51,974 nucleotides of DNA from Acidimicrobiia bacterium. Its GTDB lineage: Bacteria; Actinomycetota; Acidimicrobiia; IMCC26256; PALSA-555. Both the position numbers and the translations under genes were made by a program. The notes beneath the pieces were generated by a model. The model searched no databases and had not been told where the DNA came from. It saw nothing but the letters and a program-made list of their open reading frames with translations. The DNA is taken from positions 1-51,974 of the forward strand of contig JBBDWT010000015.1 in the NCBI GenBank assembly GCA_040902705.1. The letters are read 5' to 3'. Shown in pieces: positions 41,662 to 51,273 of the stretch (within the stretch, counting starts at the first letter, position 1; each line of letters opens with the position of its first letter).

Positions 41662-41716
41662 AGGCCTCTGACCTGCGGTGACGCGTCGTCTTGGCCGAAT
41701 TCCCTAGGGTCGCGCC

Positions 41717-42448
41717 GTGCCCCGGTTCCCGCTCGTCCTCGCCCATCGGGGGGCTCGGACGGTCGCCCCCGAGAACACGCTGGAGGCCTTCCGTCTCGCC
41801 CTGGAGCAGGGCGCGGACGGCGTCGAGCTCGACGTCCATCGCACGGTCGACGATGCCCTGGTCGTGCACCACGACGCCGATGCACCCGATCTGGGGGTCC
41901 TCGCGGACCTGCGGTTCGAGCGGATCCGCCGCGCCCGGCCCGACGTCCCCAGCCTCGACGAGGTGCTCGACGCGTGCTCGGGCAGCCTCGTGAACATCGA
42001 GATGAAGAACCTCCCCGGCGACGCTGACTACGACGAGACCCACCGGGTCGCGGCGCTCGTCGTCGAGTTGCTCGCGCGCCGGGACCACCGCGATGACGTG
42101 ATCGTCTCGTCGTTCAACCTGCTGACCGTCGACCGCGTGGTGGAGCTCGATCCCGCCGTGCCGACGGGGTTCCTCGTGATGCCGGGGCTCGATCCCGTCG
42201 ACGCACTCGCGCTGTGCGTCGACCGAGGTCACGGTGCGTTGCACCCGTTCGTCGGGATGCTCGCCGGCGACGAGCTCCCCGCGGTCGTCGGTCGTGCGGG
42301 TGAGCTCGACGTGGCGATCAACGTGTGGACCGTCAACGACGAGGTGGAGATGGGACGCCTCGCGGCTGCCGGGGTGAACGCCATCATCACCGACTTCCCC
42401 GAGGCGGGGCGACGTGTCATCGCTTCTGCGGGGGCGTCACCAGCTTGA
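41717..42448 (+). CDS. glycerophosphodiester phosphodiesterase
   Basis: [18 protein letters not shown]...[22 protein letters not shown] is the GDPD catalytic motif. Size is 243 aa. Confidence 0.9.
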   Translation: MPRFPLVLAHRGARTVAPENTLEAFRLALEQGADGVELDVHRTVDDALVVHHDADAPDLGVLADLRFERIRRARPDVPSLDEVLDACSGSLVNIEMKNLPGDADYDETHRVAALVVELLARRDHRDDVIVSSFNLLTVDRVVELDPAVPTGFLVMPGLDPVDALALCVDRGHGALHPFVGMLAGDELPAVVGRAGELDVAINVWTVNDEVEMGRLAAAGVNAIITDFPEAGRRVIASAGASPA

Positions 42449-43346
42449 GCGCGTCGGGGACGTAGCGGACCTCGAGACGCTCGACCTCTCCGAGGTAGTC
42501 GCCATCGACCTGCCAGGGGAACGGCCCGTGATGCGCGACGAAGGTCAGTGCCTCGACGTCCGCGAGCTGGACCACGGCGTCGCTCTTGGCGAGCCGCTTC
42601 CCGGTGACCAACGCCGAGCCGGCGACAGCGAGTGTCGAACCGACCTCGAGGCGCGTGAGCATCGTCAGTGCCAGCTTGCGATCGAGGCCGGCTTCGGTCG
42701 TGACCAAGAGCGGCCGCGGTCCGAAGAACGCGTACGGCTTCGTGTTCGAGATGATGGCGAAGAAGCCGTCGTCGACCGGCTTCCCGTCGGCGTCGAGCAC
42801 CGTGAACGCGGGCCGTTCGCGGTCGAAGCCGCGAAAGAACGTCGTCACCGCCGCCACGGCGAAGACCGGATGCGCGAAGACGCGCTTCACCCACGGGCGA
42901 CGCTCGACCTGCTCGATGACCTCGGCGTCGAAGCCACAGCCGCAGTGGAAGAGGAAGTGCCGGCCGTTGGCTTCGCCGACACCGACCCGCCGGATCGACC
43001 CCACCTCGAGGGAGGTCACCAGTTGTTCGGTCGCCGGCATGATCGAGTTGGGGATGCCGATCGTGCGGGCGAACACGTTCGTCGAGCCACCGGGGAGCGG
43101 AGCGAGGGCGGTCTCGGTGCCGACGAGCCCGTCTGCGGCCTCGTTCAGCGTGCCGTCGCCGGCCGCGACCACGACGACGTCGATGCCCTCGCGCGCGGCG
43201 TTGCGCGCGAGGCGGGTCGCGTGGCCGCGGCGGTACGTCTCGGCGACCTCGAGGCGATGGTGCTGTCCGAGCAGGTGCTGGACGCGGAGCCGCCGCCGAG
43301 GCGTCATCGACGACGCGGTCGGGTTCACGATCAGGAGAAGGCGCAC
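42417..43346 (-). CDS. diacylglycerol kinase-family lipid kinase
   Basis: ORF 42417..43439; an internal GTG at 43346 ([12 protein letters not shown]) is the preferred start. DAGK_cat motifs: [25 protein letters not shown]. The 3' end overlaps the GDPD gene by 32 nt. The start is uncertain. Confidence 0.8.
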   Translation of the reverse strand: MRLLLIVNPTASSMTPRRRLRVQHLLGQHHRLEVAETYRRGHATRLARNAAREGIDVVVVAAGDGTLNEAADGLVGTETALAPLPGGSTNVFARTIGIPNSIMPATEQLVTSLEVGSIRRVGVGEANGRHFLFHCGCGFDAEVIEQVERRPWVKRVFAHPVFAVAAVTTFFRGFDRERPAFTVLDADGKPVDDGFFAIISNTKPYAFFGPRPLLVTTEAGLDRKLALTMLTRLEVGSTLAVAGSALVTGKRLAKSDAVVQLADVEALTFVAHHGPFPWQVDGDYLGEVERLEVRYVPDALKLVTPPQKR

Positions 43347-43416
43347 GAGGTGAAGAGAGTACGAGCAGCCGAGCGGTGACGCCGGAGCGGCCGTCCTGCG
43401 CCCGTACGATGCGCCC

Positions 43417-44106
43417 GTGGTAGCGGCGTCCGGGCTCACGGATCTGACGGCGGAGATCGTTGCGTGTCACCGGTGCCCACGACTCGTCGCGTGGCGTGAG
43501 CGCGTGGCGAGCGAGAAGCGCGCGTCGTATCGCGACGACGAGTACTGGGGGAAGCCGATCCCGGGCTTCGGCGATCCGCGAGCGCGGATCCTCTTCCTCG
43601 GGCTCGCCCCTGCCGCGCACGGCGGGAACCGCACGGGCCGGGTCTTCACGGGTGACCGCTCGGGCGACTGGCTGTTCGGCGCGATGCATCGCGCCGGGCT
43701 CGCCAACCGCGCGGAGTCCGTGTGGGCCGACGACGGGCTGAGACTCGAGGGTGCGTACATCGCCGCCGCCGTACGATGCGCGCCACCCCAGAACAAGCCG
43801 ACGCCGGCGGAGCGCGACGAGTGCCAGCCGTTCCTCGAGCGCGAGCTCGTGCTCCTCCCGCGCCTGCGCGTCGTCGTGGCGCTCGGGGGCTTCGCCTACC
43901 AGGCGGCCTGGCGCGTGCTCGGTGACGCCGGCGTGGCGCTCCCGTCGCCCCGCCCGCGCTTTGCGCACGGACTCGAGGTCGCGACACCGACCGTCACGAT
44001 CGTGGGGTGCTACCACCCGAGCCAGCAGAACACGTTCACCGGTCGGCTGACCGAGCCGATGCTCGACTCGGTTATGGAACGGGCGAAGGAGCTCGCCGCG
44101 ACCTGA
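43417..44106 (+). CDS. uracil-DNA glycosylase, family 5 (UdgB-like, Fe-S)
   Basis: CHRCPRL...GLAPAAHGGNRTGRVFTGD...RCAPP...CQPF...GCYHPSQQN shows the GLAPA motif, the HPS motif and four Cys for a 4Fe-4S cluster. Confidence 0.85.
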   Translation: MVAASGLTDLTAEIVACHRCPRLVAWRERVASEKRASYRDDEYWGKPIPGFGDPRARILFLGLAPAAHGGNRTGRVFTGDRSGDWLFGAMHRAGLANRAESVWADDGLRLEGAYIAAAVRCAPPQNKPTPAERDECQPFLERELVLLPRLRVVVALGGFAYQAAWRVLGDAGVALPSPRPRFAHGLEVATPTVTIVGCYHPSQQNTFTGRLTEPMLDSVMERAKELAAT

Positions 44107-44115
44107 TCTGTCGAG

Positions 44116-44946
44116 TCAGAGGAAGGCGATGATCTCGCCGGCCGCGTAGACGAGTGCGAGCGTGCCGAGGACGATCCCGACGATGAGTCGAAGCGTCCGG
44201 TCCGACGAGCGGATGGCGAGGTGCGAGCCGAGCCGCGCGCCGGGGACGATCCCGACGCACAGCGGCAGCGCGTAGAGCCAGTCGATGTTGCCGAGCAACG
44301 CGTGCGTGATCGTGCCCGGAACGGCCAGCACCGCGACGCACGCGAGCGACGTCCCGATCGCCTCCTTGATGGGCAGCCGGAGCCAACCGGTGAACCCGGG
44401 GACCAGCACCAGCCCGCCACCGATCCCGAGCAGGCCGGACAAGCCGCCCGCGCCGATGCCGATGACTGCCGGGCGCCACCAGCCGGTCCGCGTCGGGCCC
44501 TGCGGTTGGAGCTCGGTGCCGGGGCCGGCGTCGGTCGCACCTTCGAGCGTCAGATCGACCGGGCGCTCTGGGTGAGCCGGTGCCCGGGCGAGCCGGTACG
44601 CGCTGAACCCGACGAGGGCGGCGGTGAGGATCATGAGCGGGTGGCCGTCACCCGGGACGACATCGACCAACAGCGCACCGCAGATGGCGGCGATCGCCCC
44701 CGTCCCGGCGGACCACGAGGCGACGCGCACGTTGACGAGCTCTTCGCGGCGATAGCGCAGGGCGCCGCTGATCGCGCCGGGGATGATCGACGGCAGGGTG
44801 GACGCAATCGCGCCGACCGGCGTCGCGCCGAGCGCCCGGATCGCGGGCGTCGACAAGACCGCGCCACCGACGCCGAACATCCCCGAGAGCACACCGGTTC
44901 CGAGACCGACGAGCATCGTGAGGAGGATGATTGCGAGGTCGGACAT
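44116..44946 (-). CDS. TauE/SafE family sulfite-exporter-like membrane protein
   Basis: 276 aa, polytopic. Repeated GxGGG motifs are present (GMFGVGGAVL, LLGIGGGLVLVP). Confidence 0.85.
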   Translation of the reverse strand: MSDLAIILLTMLVGLGTGVLSGMFGVGGAVLSTPAIRALGATPVGAIASTLPSIIPGAISGALRYRREELVNVRVASWSAGTGAIAAICGALLVDVVPGDGHPLMILTAALVGFSAYRLARAPAHPERPVDLTLEGATDAGPGTELQPQGPTRTGWWRPAVIGIGAGGLSGLLGIGGGLVLVPGFTGWLRLPIKEAIGTSLACVAVLAVPGTITHALLGNIDWLYALPLCVGIVPGARLGSHLAIRSSDRTLRLIVGIVLGTLALVYAAGEIIAFL

Positions 44947-44972
44947 CTGCCTCGCACGCTACCCTTCGTCCT

Positions 44973-45869
44973 GTGGGAAGCCCGATCTCGTTGCGTGGTG
45001 TCTACATCCCGCTGATCACACCGTTCGCGTCCGATGGCGCGGTCGCGCTCGACGCCGTCGAGCGTCTCGCGAACGAATACCTCGACGCCGGATGCGCCGG
45101 GCTCGTCCCGCTCGGCACCACGGGTGAGTCGACGAGCCTCGATGCCGACGAGAAGCGCGCCATCGTCGATCTCTGCTCGCGCATCTGCGTCGAGCGCGAC
45201 GCGCAGCTGATCATCGGCGGGGGCACGAACAACACTCCCGTGACGGTTGCCGCGGTGCAGGCATTGCGCGACATCCCGGGCGTCACCGCCGCGATGTGCG
45301 TGGTGCCGTACTACGTGCGTCCGAGCCAGGAAGGGATCGTCGCCCACTTCACGGAGATCGCGCAGCACTCGCCGACGCCGATCGTCGTCTACAACATCCC
45401 CTCCCGGACGGGGAGGCTGCTCGAAGCGCCGCACCTCCTCGAGCTCGCGCGCACGCCGAACATCGCGGGCGTCAAGCAGGCGACGGCGCTCGACCCCGAC
45501 GCGATGGCGTTGCTCGCGGGCGCGCCCGACGACTTCTCCGTCCTCGGAGGCGAAGATCCGTACCTCTTCCCTCTGGTGCTGCTCGGAGGGTCGGGGGCGA
45601 TCTGCGCATCGGCCCACGTGTGCACCGAGCGCTTCGTGGCGATGATCGAGTGCGGACTCGCAGGGAAGGTGGACGAGGGGCGGGTGCACCACGAGGCCCT
45701 GGGCCCCGTCGTCGCTGCGGCATTCGTCGAACCGAACCCGGCGATCTTCAAGGGCGTGCTGCATGCCGAGGGGCGCATCCCGACGCCCGACCTGCGGCTC
45801 CCCATGACGCCTGCGTCAGGCGCGGCGATCGAGCGGATGCAGTCCGCGATCGCCGCCGCGTCCACCTGA
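44973..45869 (+). CDS. dapA: 4-hydroxy-tetrahydrodipicolinate synthase (DapA family)
   Basis: ORF 44931..45869. Start is the GTG at 44973 or the TTG at 44991. Motifs: PLITPF, LGTTGES, PYY, YNIPSRTG, GVKQA (Schiff-base Lys). Confidence 0.85.
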   Translation: MGSPISLRGVYIPLITPFASDGAVALDAVERLANEYLDAGCAGLVPLGTTGESTSLDADEKRAIVDLCSRICVERDAQLIIGGGTNNTPVTVAAVQALRDIPGVTAAMCVVPYYVRPSQEGIVAHFTEIAQHSPTPIVVYNIPSRTGRLLEAPHLLELARTPNIAGVKQATALDPDAMALLAGAPDDFSVLGGEDPYLFPLVLLGGSGAICASAHVCTERFVAMIECGLAGKVDEGRVHHEALGPVVAAAFVEPNPAIFKGVLHAEGRIPTPDLRLPMTPASGAAIERMQSAIAAAST

Positions 45870-45938
45870 TCGGGTCCTGACCCCACCCTGCACGACCTCG
45901 TTCGGCTCCCCCTCGCGCGCCGCGTAGGGTCTCCGCTC

Positions 45939-47537
45939 GTGACTCGAGCGTCGGTGATCGAGAAGGCCGAGGAACGCCGCTGGTGGATCCTCCTGGTCCT
46001 CTGCTTCAGCTTGCTCGTCATCGTGCTCGACAACTCGATCCTCAACGTCGCGATCCCGACGATCGTGCGCGAGCTCGACGCGACGAACAGCGACCTCCAA
46101 TGGATCGTCGACTCGTACACCATCGTGTTCGCCGGGCTGCTGCTGACCGCCGGCAGCCTGGGCGACCGCTACGGACGCCGGCCGGCGCTCCAGTTCGGTC
46201 TCGCGATCTTCGGTCTGGGCTCGCTGCTCGCCGCCCTCTCCGGGAGCGCCGACGAGCTGATCGCGACCCGCGCGTTCATGGGCATCGGCGGCGCGTTCAT
46301 CATGCCGGCGACTCTGTCGATCATCACGAACGTCTTCCCCGCGCGCGAGCGTGGGAAGGCGATCGGGATCTGGGCCGCAACCGCCGGTGTCGCGGTCGCA
46401 CTCGGGCCGCTGACGGGCGGCTTCCTCCTCGAGCACTTCTACTGGGGCTCGGTCTTCCTGGTGAACCTGCCCATCGTCGCGGTCGGTCTCGTCGCGGGCG
46501 TCTTCCTCATCCCCGACTCCAAGGACCCGAACCCGCTGCGCCTCGATCCTGTGGGCGCGGTGCTCTCGATCGTCGGCCTCTCGGCGTTGCTCTACGCGGT
46601 GATCGAGGGTCCCGATCAAGGCTGGACCGACCCGACGACGCTCATGTCCTTCGCGTTCGGTGGCATCGTGCTCGCGGCCTTCTTCGTCTGGGAGCTGCGC
46701 AGCGACCACCCGATGCTCGATCTCTCGTTCTTCAAGAACCCGCGCTTCTCCGCAGCGAGCGGGGCGATCGCGGTGACGTTCTTCGCGATGTTCGGGTCGA
46801 TCTTCGTGCTGACCCAGTACCTCCAGTTCGTCCTGGGCTACTCGCCGCTCGAGACCGGCGTCCGTCTGCTCGCGTTCGCGGTCCCGATGATGATCTTCGC
46901 CCCGCTCTCGCCGCGGTTCGTCGAACGCCTGGGGGCGAAGGTCGTTGTGACGACCGGCCTGGCGCTCATGGCGACCGGTCTGCTCCTGTCGACGGGCCTC
47001 GATCAGAGCTCGTCCTATGGCGCGATCGCGTGGCGCATGGCCGTGATGGCGACGGGCATGGCGCTCACGATGGCCCCGGCGACCGATGCGATCATGGGGT
47101 CGTTGCCGCTCGCAAAGGCCGGCGTGGGGTCTGCCGTCAACGACACCACGCGCCAGATCGGCGGCGCCGTCGGTGTCGCAGTCGTCGGCAGCGTCTTCTC
47201 GTCGATCTATGGATCACAGATCGCCGACGCGGCTGCGGGCCAGCCCGTGCCGCCCGCCATCATCGACGGGATCAAGGACTCACTCGGCTTCGCGTTGAAC
47301 GTCGCGAGCCAGATCGGTGGCTCTGCCGGAGCGGAGCTCGCGAGTGCCGCGCGGGCTGCGTTCATCGACGGCTTCCATGCGGGCTTGATCGTCGGTGGCG
47401 TCGTCGCAGCGGTCGGTGCAGTCGCGGTGGCGTTGTGGTTGCCGGGCCGAGCACGCGACGAAGACATCGAACGTCAGCACGCTGAGTACGACGCGCGTGA
47501 GGGCGCGAGCGCGCTGCACGCCGAGGTGACGAGCTAG
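45939..47537 (+). CDS. MFS transporter, DHA2 (EmrB/QacA, 14-TMS) family
   Basis: LDNSILNVAIPTI...LQWIVDSYTIVFAGLLLTAGSLGDRYGRR...GWGSVFLVNLPI-type motifs. Size is 532 aa. Confidence 0.9.
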   Translation: MTRASVIEKAEERRWWILLVLCFSLLVIVLDNSILNVAIPTIVRELDATNSDLQWIVDSYTIVFAGLLLTAGSLGDRYGRRPALQFGLAIFGLGSLLAALSGSADELIATRAFMGIGGAFIMPATLSIITNVFPARERGKAIGIWAATAGVAVALGPLTGGFLLEHFYWGSVFLVNLPIVAVGLVAGVFLIPDSKDPNPLRLDPVGAVLSIVGLSALLYAVIEGPDQGWTDPTTLMSFAFGGIVLAAFFVWELRSDHPMLDLSFFKNPRFSAASGAIAVTFFAMFGSIFVLTQYLQFVLGYSPLETGVRLLAFAVPMMIFAPLSPRFVERLGAKVVVTTGLALMATGLLLSTGLDQSSSYGAIAWRMAVMATGMALTMAPATDAIMGSLPLAKAGVGSAVNDTTRQIGGAVGVAVVGSVFSSIYGSQIADAAAGQPVPPAIIDGIKDSLGFALNVASQIGGSAGAELASAARAAFIDGFHAGLIVGGVVAAVGAVAVALWLPGRARDEDIERQHAEYDAREGASALHAEVTS

Positions 47538-50500
47538 CCGAGCGCGGCGGCGAGCAGCTCGGCCTGCTCGCGCTCGTGGATCTTGATGCTGCCGCTCGCC
47601 GGGCTCGCGCTCGACCGACGCGCCACGTGACGCAGGTCTGCGCTCCGGTGGTCGGCGATGCGCAGCAGTGCAGTGTGCGCGAAGGTCCAGGCACCCATGT
47701 TGGCGGGCTCTTCCTGTACCCACCAGAGCTGCTGCATCTGCGGGTAGCGCTCGAGCACCGCGAGCAGCTCCGGTTCCGGCCACGGGTAGAGCTGTTCGAC
47801 GCTCACGACGGCGATCGGGGCACGGCGTTCGTCGCGCGCGTCCATGAGCTCGTGCGAGACCTTGCCGGTGCATACGAGCACCCGCTGCACTGCGTTGGCG
47901 TCGAGCGTCGGCGCGGAGCGATCGTCGAGCACCGGACGGAAGCAACCGTTCGTAAGCTCTGACACCGGCGAACGCGACTGCGCCATGCGGAGGTACCGCT
48001 TCGGCGTGAAGCAGATCAGCGGCACGCGACGCGGCGACTTGGACTGGCGGCGGAGCAGGTGGAAGTACTGGGCAGCCGTGGACGGGTACGCGACGCGGAG
48101 GTTGTCCTCCGCGCAGAGCACGAGGAATCGCTCGATGCGGGCACTCGAGTGTTCGGGGCCCTGGCCCTCGAAGCCGTGGGGCAACAGCAACGCGAGCGCC
48201 GAGTCCTGGGCCCACTTGTCGGACGCCGCGACGAGGAACTGATCGATGATGACCTGCGCGCCGTTCATGAAGTCGCCGAACTGCGCCTCCCAGGCCACGA
48301 AGGACCGTGGGTCCGCGACCGAGTACCCGTAGTCGAATCCGAGCGCGGCGTACTCCGAGAGCACCGAGTCGTAGAGACGGAACGGCGCCTGATCGGGGGC
48401 GATGTGCGCGAGCGGCACGTACTCGGACTCTGTGACGTGATCGACGATCACACCGTGGCGCTGGCTGAACGTGCCGCGGCGCGTGTCCTGGCCCGACAGG
48501 CGCACCGGCGTGCCGTCGAGGAGCAGGGTCCCGAGCGCGCACGCCTCGGCGAGGGCCCAGTCGACTTCGCCCTGCTGGAACACGAGCCGATTGGCCTGGA
48601 GCACCCGCTCGAGCTTCGGGTGCACCGAGAAGCCCTCGGGCCGCGCCTCGAGCGCAGCGACCACTCGCTCGAGTGCCGCAGGCGTCACTGCCGTGGCCAC
48701 GGCGTCCTGCACCGCCGCGGGCTCAGCCGGTTCGCCGGGGCTGAGCGCGTCGAGGGTCGGTCCGCGCGTGTCGAGGCCGGTCTCGTGCGGTGTGTGGGTC
48801 TCCTCGAATGCCCGGTCGAGGCGCGCGCGGAAGTCGGCGGCCGCGGCTTCGCACTCCTCGACGGTGAGATCGCCCTTCGCGACGAGCTGCTGCGTGTAGA
48901 GCTCGCGCACCGAAGGCAGCGCGTCGATGAGCGCGTACATGCCCGGCTGGGTGAACGCGGGCTCGTCGCCCTCGTTGTGGCCGTAGCGGCGGTAGCAGAA
49001 GAGGTCGACGACGACGTCCTTGTTGAACCGTTGCCGGAAGTCGAACGCGAGGCGCATCACGCGGACGGCTGCCTCGGGGTCGTCGCCGTTCACGTGGAAG
49101 ATCGGCGCCTGCACCATCTTGGCGACGTCGGTCGGGTACACCGACGACCGTCCGGACTCCGGTGAGGTGGTGAAGCCGAGCTGGTTGTTCACGACCACGT
49201 GCACCGTGCCGCCGACGTCGTAGCCGTCGACCTCGGAGAGGTTGAGGGTCTCGGCGACGACGCCCTGGCCGGCGAACGCAGCGTCGCCGTGGATGAGTAC
49301 GGGCAGCACCGCTGCGCCGGTGGCATCGCCGAGGCGATCTCCCTTGGCGCGGGCCATGCCCTCGACGACCGGATCGACGGCTTCGAGGTGGCTCGGGTTG
49401 GCCGCGAGCGTGAGCTTCACCTTGTTGCCCGCCGGGGAGCGGTGCTTGCCCCTCGCGCCGAGGTGGTACTTGACGTCGCCCGAGCCCTGCGTGCTCGTCG
49501 GGTCGAGCTCACCCTCGAACTCACGGAAAATCTGTGAGTACGACTTGCCGACGACGCCCGCGAGCACGTTGAGGCGGCCCCGGTGCGCCATCCCCATCAC
49601 GAGCTCGGCGATGCCGGCGTCGGCGGCCGAGGATGCGAGCGCATCGAGCATCGGGATGAGCGTCTCGGCGCCTTCGAGGCTGAACCGCTTCTGCCCGAGG
49701 TACTTCGTGTGGACGAAGCGCTCGAAGGCCTCGGCGGCGTTCAGCCGGTCGAGGATCTGTCGCTTCTCCTCCGGGCCGGGCTCGGGGACGGGGATCTCGA
49801 CGCGTTCCTGGATCCAGTCCTTCTGGTCCGGCTCCTGGATGTGCATGTACTCGACGCCGACCGTGCGGGCGTACGCGTCGCGCAGCACGCCGAGGATGTC
49901 GCGCAGGGTCATGCGAGTGCGTCCGAGCTGGCCCGCGCCGAGGCTCCCGATCGGGAACTCGCGGTCGAGGTCCCAGATCGACAGCCCGTAGTGCGTGATG
50001 TCGAGCTCGGGATGTGTGCTCGGGTCGCGGCGGCCGAGGGGGTCGAGGTTCGCGAGCAGGTGGCCGCGCACCCGGTACATGTTGATCAGCGTGTGGACCT
50101 TGACGACCTTGTCGTGAACGCTCGCGGGGTCGAGTGCAGCGTGGTCGCGCACCCAACGCGCGGGCTCGTAGGGGACGGCGAGGCTGCGGAAGACCTCGTC
50201 GTAGAAGTCGTCGTCGCCGAGGAGCAGGTCGTGGATCCGGCGGAGGAACTCGCCGCTCTCGGCGCCACCGATGATGCGGTGGTCGTACGTATTGGTGAGC
50301 GTGGTGATCGTGCTGATCCCCATCTGGGCGACGGTCTGCGGGTCGGCGCCCTCGTACTCGGTGGGGAAGCCGATCGCACCGACACCCAGGATGAACGCCT
50401 GCGAAGGCATCAGCCGTGGGACCGAGTGGACCGTACCGATCATGCCCGGGTTCGTGATCGAGCCGGTGGTGCCCGCGAAGTCGTCGACGGACATCTGCTG

Positions 50501-51211
50501 CGCGCGCACCTTGGCGATGAGCGCCTCGTACGCCGTCCAGAAGCCGGCGAAGTCGAGCGTGTCGGCCTGCTTGATGTTCGGGACGAGCAGCGTGCGCGAT
50601 CCGTCGGGCCGCTCGACATCGACCGCGAGCCCGAGGTTGACGTGCGCACGGCGCACGATGGTCGGTGTGCCGTCGACCTCCTCATAGCTCGAGCTGAGGT
50701 TCGGGAAGTCGCGCAGCGCCCGGGTGACGGCGAACGCGATGAGGTGGGTGAAGCTGACCTTGTTGCGACCGGTGCGGCCCAGGTGATTGTTGAGGATGGC
50801 CCGGTTGACCTCGAGCAGCTTGGCCGGGATGGATCGCACGGAGGTGGCCGTCGGGACGCCGAGGCTCGCCTCCATGTTCTCGACGATCCGGGCCCGGACG
50901 CCCCGGAGCGGCTCGGTCGTGTCGACCGCGGGCGCCGGAGTCGCCGCGACCCCGACGGCATCGGTGGCCGGAGCGTCCGGCGTGGCGGGCGCCGGGCCAG
51001 CCGGCGCGGTGGGTGCAGCCGAGGCAGCCGGGGCAGCGGGCGTGTCGGGAGCGGCGACGCCACCCGGCGTTCGTCGGCCGTTCCCGGTGCCGTCGCCGTG
51101 GGCCGCGAAGTAGACGCGCCAGTGTTCGGGGACTGCCGACGGGTTCTCGCGGTACTGCTCGTAGAGATCCTCGACGAGGCCTTCGTTGGGCCCGGCTTCG
51201 TCGAACGTCAT
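47534..51211 (-). CDS. kgd: multifunctional 2-oxoglutarate metabolism enzyme (Kgd/OdhA-type E1 with an N-terminal E2-like acyltransferase domain)
   Basis: 1225 aa. An Ala/Pro-rich linker is followed by an E2 catalytic-like domain (TYDHRIIGGAESGEFL) and the ThDP-dependent E1o body (MGMAHRGRLNVL...HGDAAFAGQGVV...LLPHGFEGQGPEHSSAR). Its stop overlaps the MFS stop by 4 nt (CTAG). Confidence 0.93.
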   Translation of the reverse strand: MTFDEAGPNEGLVEDLYEQYRENPSAVPEHWRVYFAAHGDGTGNGRRTPGGVAAPDTPAAPAASAAPTAPAGPAPATPDAPATDAVGVAATPAPAVDTTEPLRGVRARIVENMEASLGVPTATSVRSIPAKLLEVNRAILNNHLGRTGRNKVSFTHLIAFAVTRALRDFPNLSSSYEEVDGTPTIVRRAHVNLGLAVDVERPDGSRTLLVPNIKQADTLDFAGFWTAYEALIAKVRAQQMSVDDFAGTTGSITNPGMIGTVHSVPRLMPSQAFILGVGAIGFPTEYEGADPQTVAQMGISTITTLTNTYDHRIIGGAESGEFLRRIHDLLLGDDDFYDEVFRSLAVPYEPARWVRDHAALDPASVHDKVVKVHTLINMYRVRGHLLANLDPLGRRDPSTHPELDITHYGLSIWDLDREFPIGSLGAGQLGRTRMTLRDILGVLRDAYARTVGVEYMHIQEPDQKDWIQERVEIPVPEPGPEEKRQILDRLNAAEAFERFVHTKYLGQKRFSLEGAETLIPMLDALASSAADAGIAELVMGMAHRGRLNVLAGVVGKSYSQIFREFEGELDPTSTQGSGDVKYHLGARGKHRSPAGNKVKLTLAANPSHLEAVDPVVEGMARAKGDRLGDATGAAVLPVLIHGDAAFAGQGVVAETLNLSEVDGYDVGGTVHVVVNNQLGFTTSPESGRSSVYPTDVAKMVQAPIFHVNGDDPEAAVRVMRLAFDFRQRFNKDVVVDLFCYRRYGHNEGDEPAFTQPGMYALIDALPSVRELYTQQLVAKGDLTVEECEAAAADFRARLDRAFEETHTPHETGLDTRGPTLDALSPGEPAEPAAVQDAVATAVTPAALERVVAALEARPEGFSVHPKLERVLQANRLVFQQGEVDWALAEACALGTLLLDGTPVRLSGQDTRRGTFSQRHGVIVDHVTESEYVPLAHIAPDQAPFRLYDSVLSEYAALGFDYGYSVADPRSFVAWEAQFGDFMNGAQVIIDQFLVAASDKWAQDSALALLLPHGFEGQGPEHSSARIERFLVLCAEDNLRVAYPSTAAQYFHLLRRQSKSPRRVPLICFTPKRYLRMAQSRSPVSELTNGCFRPVLDDRSAPTLDANAVQRVLVCTGKVSHELMDARDERRAPIAVVSVEQLYPWPEPELLAVLERYPQMQQLWWVQEEPANMGAWTFAHTALLRIADHRSADLRHVARRSSASPASGSIKIHEREQAELLAAALG

Positions 51212-51273
51212 GTCACCATGCTCGCGCAGGTGGGCACCGGCGCGACCAGCCCGGGATCGTTCGACGGACTGGC

